From NCBI GenBank assembly GCA_963790305.1, contig CAWBOC010000010.1, positions 192,001-256,000 on the forward strand: a DNA stretch of 64,000 bases, read 5' to 3'. A model generated the notes under the pieces. The model saw only the letters and a program-made list of their open reading frames with translations, was not told where the DNA came from and searched no databases. Position 1 is the stretch's first letter; the number at the start of each line of letters is the position of its first letter. The stretch comes from an uncultured Gemmatimonadaceae bacterium. Its GTDB lineage: Bacteria > Gemmatimonadota > Gemmatimonadetes > Gemmatimonadales > Gemmatimonadaceae. Positions 32,801-42,666 of the stretch are shown here, piece after piece. The position numbers and the translations under genes are program-made.

Positions 32801-32973
32801 CGGCGCGGCCGGTGCGCGTCTACGTGTCGGGCGACAATCTGTTCCTGCTGACGGACTACACGGGCTATGATCCGGAAGTGCACACCGACGCGGGGCTGGC
32901 CTCGCGAGGGATCGAGTACGTCACGTATCCGCGTGCCCGCACGTTCACGGCCGGCTTCCGCGTTCAGTTCTGA
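29870..32973 (+). CDS. susC: SusC/RagA family TonB-dependent receptor (frameshift near 31495)
   Basis: CarboxypepD_reg N-domain; plug signature [69 protein letters not shown]..F terminus. Confidence 0.93.
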
Positions 32974-32980
32974 GGCACCT

Positions 32981-34546
32981 ATGAGGAAACTACCTGTGAA
33001 GACCATGCTTCTGCGGGTTTGCGCCCTTGCGCTCGGCGTACCCGTTCTGCTCACTCTGCCGGCGTGCACCGATCTCGAGGAAACACCCCTCAGCGCGATC
33101 ACGCCGGACAACTTCTTCCGGAACGAGGGAGAGGTGCTTTCCGCGCTCGCAGCGGTGTATGCGCAGCTGCGCGCGACGGAATGGGGCTATTACAATCTCA
33201 GCCAGGTGAGCTCGGACGAGCACATCGTCCCGACTCGCGGCCAGGACTGGTATGACAATGGCCGCTGGCTGGAGCTCGACCGTCAGGCCTGGGCGCCTAA
33301 CAGCCCGTCCGGCCTCGATGACGTGAACGCGGGCTGGGTCGACTCCTTCACCGGCGTCGTTCGCGCCAACGCGCTGCTGGCCAACATTGAGGGAGTGACC
33401 CTCCCCAACAAGCCAGCCGTCGATGGCGAAATCCGGTTCCTCCGCGCGTTCTACTACTATCAGCTGATGGATCTGTTCGGTGGCGTGCCGCTGGTCACCG
33501 ACACCGAGCTGAAGACGCGGCCGCGGAACACGCGCCGGGAGATCTTCAACTTCATCGAGAGCGAGCTCCGCGCGATCCGCACGGCGCTGCCCGCGACGAG
33601 ACCGGCCGGTGAGCACGGACGCATTACGAGAGGAGCGGCCGACGCGCTCCTGGCCAACATGTACCTCAACGCCGGCGTGTTCGCCAAGGACGCCGGAGTC
33701 AGCGCGACGGCGTACAACTCGTGCGCGGACGTGCAGATCGGTGGCGTGTCGGCGTGCCAGCTGGCGATCAACTTCGCCGACAGCGTGTTGAACTCAGGCC
33801 GGTATTCGCTGGCGAGCAACTGGCGCTCGAACTTCACCGTCGACAACGATGCGTCGCCCGAGCTCATCTTCGTCGTCAAGCACCTGAATGCCACCGGCGT
33901 GGGATTGAACTTCCTGTATCGCGCGCTCCACTACAACCAGATCAGCCCCACCCCGTGGAACGGATTCGCGACGATCGCCGAGGTCTACAACGCATTCGAT
34001 GCGAACGACCAGCGGCGTGAGATCTTCCTCGTCGGGCCGCAGGTGAATCTGGACAACGGGCAGCCGGCGAAGCACCGCAATGGTGAGCCCCTGGTCTTCA
34101 CGGTCGACATCGGCAGTGAGACGGCGGCCGACGAGGACGAGGGCGCCCGCATCATCAAGTGGCCCCGCGATCCGGCCCACCTCAACGAGGAGCATGGCAA
34201 CGACTTCGCCTACTTCCGCCTCGGCGAGATGTATCTGATCAAGGCGGAAGCGCTGGTTGCGTCGGGACAGGCGGCGCTCGCGCTCCCGTTGCTGAACCTG
34301 CTGCGCGCTCGGGTCTTCGAGCCTGACGAGCCGCTGGTCGGCGTGCCCACGCAGGACATGATTCTCCAGGAGCGTCTCTTCGAGCTCACCGGCGAGGCGA
34401 AGCGGCGCCAGGACCTCATCCGTCATGGCAAGTACACCGCGGCGTGGCGCTTCAAGCCGGCAACCGCTGCACACAAGATTCTGATGCCGATTCCGCAATC
34501 GCAGATCGACGCCAACCCACAGCTCACGCAGAATCCAGGGTACTGA
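32981..34546 (+). CDS. susD: SusD/RagB nutrient-binding outer-membrane lipoprotein
   Basis: Lipobox LPAC; GEIRFLRAFYY..LMDLFGGVPL; FRLGEMYLIKAEA; ERLFELTGE.KRRQDLIR; QNPGY terminus. Confidence 0.95.
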   Translation: MRKLPVKTMLLRVCALALGVPVLLTLPACTDLEETPLSAITPDNFFRNEGEVLSALAAVYAQLRATEWGYYNLSQVSSDEHIVPTRGQDWYDNGRWLELDRQAWAPNSPSGLDDVNAGWVDSFTGVVRANALLANIEGVTLPNKPAVDGEIRFLRAFYYYQLMDLFGGVPLVTDTELKTRPRNTRREIFNFIESELRAIRTALPATRPAGEHGRITRGAADALLANMYLNAGVFAKDAGVSATAYNSCADVQIGGVSACQLAINFADSVLNSGRYSLASNWRSNFTVDNDASPELIFVVKHLNATGVGLNFLYRALHYNQISPTPWNGFATIAEVYNAFDANDQRREIFLVGPQVNLDNGQPAKHRNGEPLVFTVDIGSETAADEDEGARIIKWPRDPAHLNEEHGNDFAYFRLGEMYLIKAEALVASGQAALALPLLNLLRARVFEPDEPLVGVPTQDMILQERLFELTGEAKRRQDLIRHGKYTAAWRFKPATAAHKILMPIPQSQIDANPQLTQNPGY

Positions 34547-34571
34547 TCGCGATGCGGTAGTCGCTGTAGCC

Positions 34572-34635
34572 AGTGAGAAGTGAGGAGTGAGGAGTGAGGA
34601 ATCCGCTTTCCCTCCTCACTCCTCATTCCTTTTTT
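34572..34635. repeat. Palindrome of (GTGAGGA)n heptamers followed by a T-run; possible terminator after susD
   Basis: AGTGAGAAGTGAGGAGTGAGGAGTGAGGA ... CCTCCTCACTCCTCATTCCTTTTTT. Confidence 0.75.
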
Positions 34636-34657
34636 GTCACGAGCCCCATAAGGCTGC

Positions 34658-34854
34658 CATCCAGGTTCAAAGTGGGGACGCGGATTACGCGGATGCAGCG
34701 GATCAGGCGGATCGTTCGTGGCGCATTGATCCCTCCTCTACCGCAACAAAAAAAGCCAAATCCTTGGCTGCGCGAGGAGAGCTTTTAGCGCCAGGAATAA
34801 TCCGCCCGATCCGTTGAATCCGCGTGATCCGCGTCCCAACTTTGAACCTGGATG
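34658..34854. repeat. MITE/REP-like element, ~55-bp terminal inverted repeats with 9-nt (CGGAT-containing) periodicity
   Basis: CATCCAGGTTCAAAGTGGGGACGCGGATTACGCGGAT... versus ...ATCCGCGTGATCCGCGTCCCAACTTTGAACCTGGATG. Confidence 0.8.
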
Positions 34855-34899
34855 CCGGCCCCGCAGCGCCGAAACTCGATGATCTCGACGACACCAACG

Positions 34900-37800
34900 A
34901 TGAATTCCGTAGACTCCTTCCACGTGGCGACACGAGGGCACGTCTTGCTCCCGGCCCTCGTTCTGGTGCTGGCGTGCACGGGCATCGATGGAGCAGACAA
35001 GAATGAGTCGTCACCGCCCGCGGACGGGCACCTCTTCACGAAGCTTCCCTCGAGCTATACCGGCGTCCGCTTCGTGAACCGGCTGGAGGAAACCCGCGAG
35101 CTGAACGTCTTCACCTACCGCAACTACTACAACGGTGGTGGCGTCGCCATTGGTGACCTGACGGGTGACGGGCTGCCGGAGCTCATGCTCACATCCAATC
35201 TCGGTGGGAACACGCTCTACCTGAACGAGGGCAAGTTCCGCTTCCGCGATGTGACGGAGCGCGCGGGGGTGGGTGGGAAGGGCTACTGGGGAACCGGCGT
35301 CACCTTCGCCGACGTGAACGGCGACGGGCTGCTCGACATCTACGTGTGCTACGCCGGGAACGTCGCCGGCGAGCGTCGCACGAACGAGCTGTACATCAAC
35401 AACGGCGTGAGCTCGAACGGCGTGCCGACGTTCGCCGAGAAGGCGGCCGAGTATGGGCTCGCTGACGAGGCCTACTCGACGCACGCGGCGTTCTTCGACT
35501 ACGATCGCGACGGCCGGCTGGACATGTTCCTCGTGAACAACTCGTTCCGCCCGGTCTCGAGCTTCGGCCTCCGCAACATTCGCCACGTTCGCAACGCACT
35601 CGGCGGACACAAGCTCTTTCACAACGAGGGCACGCGCTTCGTCGACGTCAGCGAGAAGGCGGGCATCTTCGGCAGCGAGATCGGGTTCGGGCTTGGCGTC
35701 GCCGTGGGCGACGTGAATCGAGATGGTTGCCGGACATCTACGTCTCCAACGATTTCTTCGAGCGGGATTACCTCTACATCAACAAGGGCGACGGGACGTT
35801 CGCCGAGCGGCTCGACGAGCAGATGCCGTCGATCAGCATGTTCTCGATGGGGCTGGACCTGGCGGACATCAACAACGATGGCCTGCTCGACATCTACGTC
35901 ACGGACATGCTGCCGGAGGACAACTACCGGCTCAAGATGACGACGCAGTTCGAGGGCTGGGATGTCTATCAGACCAAGCTCGAGAACGACTACCACCACC
36001 AGTTCATGCGCAACATGCTCCACCTGAACAACGGGAACGGGACGTTCAGCGACATCGGCCAGATGGCCGGGCGTGGCGCGAACGGACTGGAGCTGGAGCG
36101 CGCTCATCGCCGATTACGATCTCGATGGGTACAAGGACATCCACGTCACGAACGGCATCGCGCGCGACCTGACGTCGCAGGACTACATCTGCCTTCCTGG
36201 CGAACGACGAGACCATGCGCTCGGCGATGCAGGGCGGGAAGCGCGTCGATTTCGTGCGGCTCGTCAACGCAATGAGTGAGACGCCACTTCCCGACTATGC
36301 GTTCAAGAACAACGGCGACCTGACGTTCTCGAAGAAGAGTGCGGAGTGGGGGGTAGATCAGCCGAACTTCTCGAATGGGGCGGCGTACGGCGACCTCGAC
36401 GGGGACGGCGCGCTCGATCTGGTGGTCAACAACGTCAACCAGGAAGCCTTCATCTATCGGAACAACGCCCTGGCGCAGACCGAGCAATCATTTCCTGCAG
36501 GTGAAGCTCGACGGTGAGGGCCAGAATCGGTTCGCCGTGGGCGCGAAAGTCACGGTACGCAGCGGGGACTCACTTTTCTTTCAGGAGCTCGAGCCCTCGC
36601 GCGGCTTTCAGTCGAGCGTCGACTACGTGCTGACGTTCGGCGTCGGTACGCGAGATACGCTCGATGCGGTGATTGTCGAGTGGCCCGACCGGCGCGTGAG
36701 CCGCGTGGAGAAGGTGGCCGCCAACCAGCGCATCACCGTTAGGCAGGCCGGGTCGATCCAGGAGCCGGTGCTCGAGATGCCGGTGCCCCCATCGCCTGTG
36801 CTCACCGACGTCACACGCGAGACGGGGCTCACTTTCGTCCATCGCGAAAACGAGTTCATCGACTTCGATCGTGAGCGGCTGCTGCCGAAGATGGTCTCAA
36901 TGGAGGGACCGTTCATGGCGGTCGCCGACGTGAACGGCGATGGTCTCGACGACGCGTACATCGGCGGCGCGAAGGACCAGGCGGGCCAGCTGCTGATTCA
37001 ACGCGCGAACGGCGGCTTCGTCAGCACCAACGAGCAGCTCTTCGCGCAGGATCGCATCTCCGAGGACGTGGGTGCGGTGTTCTTCGACGCAAACGGCGAT
37101 GGGCACCGCGACCTGTACGTGGTGAGCGGCGGAAGCGAGTTCTCCGACATGGCGCCGGCACTTCAGGATCGGCTCTATCTGAATGACGGACGCGGCACGT
37201 TCCGCAAGACGAGCGGGCAGATCCCGCACGACGGAACGAGCGGCTCGCGCGTGGTCGCGGCCGATTACGATCGCGATGGCGACGTCGACCTGTTCGTGGG
37301 CGGCCGCGTCGTCGCCGGGCCGGTATGGCTTCGATCCGCTGAGCACGCTGCTGCAAAACGACGGTCGCGGCCGATTCACCGATGTCACGGAGAAGCTGGC
37401 GCCGGCGCTCGCGCGTATTGGGATGGTGACCGATGCGGTGTGGACCGACCTTACTGGCGACGGGCGGCTCGATCTGGTGGTCGTCGGCGAGTGGATGCCG
37501 ATCACCGTGATGCGGAATGCGGACGGCGGAAAGCTCGAGAAGATGGAGGTGCGCGGGCTCGAGAAGAGCGAAGGGTGGTGGAACCGCATCGTGGCTGGCG
37601 ACTTCAACCGCGACGGCCGCACCGATTTCATCATCGGCAATCTCGGGCTCAACACGCGGTTGCGTGCGAGCGATACCGAGCCGGTGACGATGTACGTAAA
37701 GGATTTCGACAAGAACGGGTTCAGCGAGCAGATCGTGTCGTGCTACATGGAAGGCACGAGCTACCCGATCGTGCTTCGCGACGATCTCATCAAGACGCTC

Positions 37801-38435
37801 CCGTACCTCAAGTCGCGCTATCTGGCCTACAAGGATTATGCGCGCCAGACGGTGACAGACATTTTCTCACCCGAGGATCTGTCGGGCGCGGTGTTGAAGC
37901 AGGCGCGCACCTTCGCGACGGTGATGGCGAGGAATGACGGCAACGGAGCCTTCACGCTCGTTCCTCTGCCGATCGAGGCGCAGACGACTGCCGATCTACG
38001 GCATTCTCGCCGCGGACTACGATCGCGACGGCGCGCTCGATGTGCTGCTCGCCGGCAACTTCGACGGCGTGAAGCCGGAGATCGGCCGGATGGACGCGGG
38101 ATACGGCGTCTTCCTTCGTGGCGACGGGAAGGGAGGGTTCACCGCCCCGCCGTGCGGTCGAGAGCGGCTTCTTCGTTCCTGGCCAGGCGCGCGACATTCA
38201 GCGTCTACGCACTCGCCAAGGGGAGTTGTACGTGGTCACTCGAAACAACGACCGGCCACTGGTATTTCGCGTTACGGCGAGCTGGTGGTCTGCACGCAGG
38301 CAAATAGAAATCGGTGTGGCGAGGCCCAATAAGACATCGGGGTCGAAGCGGGGACGCGGACTGCGGCAGGGATACTGCGGATTCACCGCGAATTGCTCTA
38401 CGGGCGAAGGTGACTTCCTGCGCGAGGCGAGTTAG
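34900..38435 (+). CDS. VCBS/FG-GAP repeat lipoprotein with ASPIC/UnbV domain (CRTAC1-like), copy 1; several frameshifts, 3' end uncertain
   Basis: YRNYYNGGGVAIGD, many D.NGDG.LD repeats, SNGAAYGDLDGDG, GAKV..RGFQSS, GWWN; spread over about 8 frame segments. Confidence 0.85.
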
Positions 38436-38499
38436 GAGCGATCCGGTCGTATTCCGCTGTAATCCGTGTAATCCGCAGTCCCAACTTTGACCCTGGATG
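38335..38499. repeat. Second, degenerate copy of the 34658-34854 element
   Basis: Right end AATCCGTGTAATCCGCAGTCCCAACTTTGACCCTGGATG nearly matches the first copy; left end CATCGGGGTCGAAGCGGGGACGCGGA. Confidence 0.75.
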
Positions 38500-38533
38500 C
38501 GAGCATTAAAGCGTTTCACTGTGTGAGGCACGA

Positions 38534-39935
38534 ATGAACGTACTACGAACACGACGATCGCACTCGTCACGACGTGCGCACTCCAGACCGCGTGCACGAG
38601 CGCGAACGGCGATTATCGCGCACAGCCGCCCGACGCGGAGCTGCTGCACACGGCCGTGCAGCAAATGACGAGCGTCATCGTCTACGACATCTTCAGCCCG
38701 CCGCAGGCCAGTCGCGCGTACGCGTACGCGAGCGTCGCCGCCTACGAGGCGCTGCGTCATGACGACTCGACGTACCAGTCGCTCGCGGGGCAGCTCACCG
38801 GACTGACGGCGGTCCCGATGCCGAAGCCCGACTCCGAGTACTACTTCCCGCTGGCGGGCGTGCACGCGTTCATGACGGTCGGCAAGGCGCTCACCTTCTC
38901 GCAGAAGCGCATGGATTCGCTGCGTACGGCGATGCACGAGCGCATCCGCGCGTATGGGCGTGCCCGCGGCCGTCTTCCAACGCTCAGTCGCCTATGGTGA
39001 AGAGGTCGCGCAGCACATCCTCGGCTGGTCGAAGAAGGACAACTTCCTCCAGATGCGCGGCATGCCGAAGTACACGGTGACGTCGAGACCAGGGCCGGTG
39101 GAGGCCGACGCCGCCGGCGTACATGGACGCCGTCGAGCCGAACTGGGCCAGGCTGCGCCCGTTCGTCATGGACTCAGCCGCTCAATTCCGGCCGAAGCCG
39201 CCGCATCCGTTCGACATGAAAGATGGGAGCGCCTTCCGTCAGCAGGTGCAGGAGGTCTACGAGGCGGGGAAGAACCTCAGCGACGAACAGCGCGCGATCG
39301 CCGCATTCTGGGACTGCAATCCGTACGTGATGAACGTTCGTGGTCACGCGATGTATCGCGACGAAGAAGATCACGCCGGGAGGCCACTGGATGGGGATCG
39401 TGGCGACGGCGGCGCACAAGGCGCACGCGTCGCTCCTCCAGTCGTCCGAAGCCTACGCGCTGACCGCTATGGCACTGGCCGACGGATTCATCAGCTCGTG
39501 GGAGGAGAAATTCCGCAGCAACGTCGTGCGACCCGAGACGATGATCAACGCGTCACATCGACGAAGCGTGGCAGCCGCTCCTGCAGACGCCGCCGTTCCC
39601 CGAATACACGAGCGGCCACAGCGTCATCTCGACAGCGGCGGCGACGGTGCTGACCAGTGTGTTCGGTGACAACTTCGCGTTCGCGGACAGCACGGAGATG
39701 AGCTACGGGCTACCGGTGCGGTCCTTCACGTCGTTCAATCAGGCCGCCGCCGAGGCGGCGATCAGCCGCCTCTACGGGGGCATCCACTACCGGATGGCGA
39801 TCGAGGCAGGGTGCCACGCAGGGACGCGGTGTGGGCCAGCTCGTGGTGCAGCGGATCAAGACGCGCGCGTCGACCACGGTGGCGGCGAAAGCGGCCGCCG
39901 AGGAATCGGGGCGCGCGGAAACGCGCGCCCGTTAG
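38534..39935 (+). CDS. Vanadium-dependent haloperoxidase/PAP2 superfamily lipoprotein (frameshifted)
   Basis: DIFSPPQASRAYAY, FWDCNP, KKITPGGHW, RPET, TPPFPEYTSGHS and SRLYGGIHY motifs across frames; TAG at 39933-39935. Confidence 0.85.
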
Positions 39936-39950
39936 GGCTTTCCGTCGAGA

Positions 39951-40409
39951 TCAGCCCGGACTCTTTCTCCGCTGCGCGCGCTTGGTCTTGATGACGATGA
40001 CGCCGTTGGCGCCGCGCATGCCGTACATGGCGGTATCCGCGGGGTCCTTGAGGACCTCGATCGATTCGATGTCATACGGGTCGATGCCCGTCAGGCTCCC
40101 GCCGGCTCCCGGCTGAATCGCGACGCCATCGAGAACGTAGAGGGGCTCGGTGTTGGCGTAGAGCGAGGAGGCGCCTCGAATGCGGACGCTGATGCCGCCG
40201 TCTGTACGCGTGACGGTCACGCCGGCGACGCGCCCCTTGAGGATCTCCTCGATGGACTGTCCCGGAGCCTGTTCGATGTCTTTCGAGGTCAGCTCCGAGC
40301 TCGATGGTGGCGGACTGGCTTCGGACGAGCGAGGGGCCGATTTGCAGCCGGCGACGAGAGCGCCCGCGAATGCAAGCGGCAGCATGAGACGCGAGGACAG
40401 CGAGGTCAT
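39951..40409 (-). CDS. Stand-alone SusC-type TonB-receptor plug-domain lipoprotein
   Basis: Lipobox VAGC; [40 protein letters not shown] then stop, with no barrel. Confidence 0.85.
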   Translation of the reverse strand: [152 protein letters not shown]

Positions 40410-40607
40410 TGGAACCTCGGGCGAGGGAATGCTGGGATGCTGGAGGATGAGCACCTTGAATATCGGGGTCGGGCGGTGCGTCGGGCAAGTGCACGCTGGC
40501 GTGGTCGGGGCTCCCAAAATCGGGACCCCGATTGCCTTCGGCCCCGTAAGGCACGATCCATTAGGAACATGGCGGATTCTGTTTCTCCCCTCGACACGCT
40601 CACCGAG

Positions 40608-42666
40608 ATGCTCATGAGGATGCGACCGACTCGAACCCTTACATTCGCCGTAGCTTTTGGGACGTTCACCGCGGCCGGGGCGCCCGCTCAGAACCAGGTC
40701 CGCGTCGAGTCGCCCGATCGCCGGAACGTGGTGACGGTCGAGGTGCGCGATGGAGGCCTGTACTACAGCATCCAGCGCGACAATCGCGCGATCTTTCTCC
40801 CGTCGCGCCTGGGCTTCGAATTTCAGGGTGCGGCGCCGTTGCGTGATGGGCTTCGCATCACAGGCTCGACCGCTCGGACGGTCGATACCGTGTGGACGCA
40901 GCCGTGGGGAGAAGTCGCGCGGGTGCGGGACAACCATAACGAGCGCCGGATCTCAGTGAGCGAGGCCGCTGCGGGCGGGCGCCAGCTCGTCGTCGTGTTC
41001 CGTGTCTTCAACGATGGCGTGGGCTTCCGTTACGAGTTCCCGGAGCAGTCGGGGCTCGGAGAGTTCGCGATCACTGCAGGAGCTCACCGAGTTCGCGCTC
41101 GCCGACGACGCCCGCGCCTGGTGGATTCCCTCCAACCGCGCTCGACTCGACCGGTCGGAGATGCTCTATTCCTCGTCCCCGGTGAGCGTGCTCGACAGCG
41201 TGCAGACCCCGTTGACGATGGAGACGCGCGACCGCCGGACCTTCATCGTGATCCACGAAGCCAACCTCGTCGACTATGCGCGAATGTTCCTCGCGGGTCG
41301 CGGGATGGAGGTTCGAACGCTCCGCGCGACGCTGGCACCGTGGGCGGACGGAATCAAGGTTCGCGGTAGAACCCCCTTCGTCACACCGTGGCGCACGATT
41401 CAGCTCGCGGATCGCGCGACCGATCTCGCCCCGTCGGTGCTGGGCCTCAATCTCAACCCGCCGAGTGCGATCGCGAACACGGACTGGATCAAGCCGATGA
41501 AGTACGTCGGCATTTGGTGGGGGATGCACATCAATACGATGACGTGGAGCTCCGGCCCGAAGCACGGCGCGACGACGGAGAACACGAAGCGCTACATCGA
41601 CTTCGCCGCGGCGAACGGCCTGGGTGGCGTGCTCGTGGAAGGGTGGAACGTGGGCTGGGATGGCGACTGGATCGCCAACCGCAACGCGTTCTCGTTCACG
41701 CAGCCCTACCCGGACTACGACCTGCCAGGGCTCGCGGCCTACGCGAAGCAGAAGGGCGTGAAGCTGATCGCGCACAACGAGACATCGGGTGGCATCGAGA
41801 ACTACGAGCGGCAAATGGACAGCGCCTTCGCGCTCTATCGCTCACTGGGTATCGATGCGATCAAGTCGGGCTACGTCACGGACACCGTCGGCGGGGGACA
41901 CTCACACTATTCGCAGTTTGCCGTGCGTCATCACCGCAAGGTGATCGAGACGGCCGCGAAGTACGGGATCATGCTGGACGTGCACGAGCCAATCCACGAC
42001 ACCGGCGAGCGTCGCACCTGGCCGAACATGATGACGCGCGAGGGTGCGCGTGGGCAGGAGTACAACGCGTGGGGCGGCGAGGGCGGCAATCCGCCGGAGC
42101 ACGAGACGATTCTGTTCTTCACGCGCCTGCTCGCCGGCCCGATGGATTTCACCCCGGGCGTGTTCGACATCCTCTTCGAGCGCAGCACGGGTCGCGCGCG
42201 GCGCCCGGAGGAGTCGCGCGTTCGCACCACGCTCGCCAAGCAGCTCGCGCTGTACCTGGTGCTCTACTCGCCGCTCCACATGGCGGCGGACTTACCCGAG
42301 AACTACGCGAACCAGCCGGCATTCCAGTTCATTCGTGACGTGGCCGTGGACTGGGACACGACGCGCGTGATCGATGGAAGCATCGGCGACTACGTGGTGG
42401 TGGCGCGCAAGGCACGCAACAGCCCGGAGTGGTTCGTGGGCGCGATCACCGATGAGGAGGCCCGCACCTTCACGGTGCCGCTGTCGTTCCTGCCTCGCGG
42501 CCGTAGCTATGTGGCCGAGATCTATGCCGATGGGCCGAATGCGCATTGGCTGACGAACCCGCTGCCAGTGGCGATCTCTCGGCGTCCGGTGACGTCGGCG
42601 TCAACGCTGCGACTGGTGCTGGCGCCCGGTGGCGGGCAGGCGATTCGAATCCGTCCGGCGCGATAA
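40608..42666 (+). CDS. Glycoside hydrolase family 97 (SusB-like alpha-glucosidase), frameshift near 41075
   Basis: FRVFNDGVGFRYEFP, KYVGIWWGMH, VLVEGWN.GW, HNET, REGARGQEYNAW, GPMDFTPG. Confidence 0.93.
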
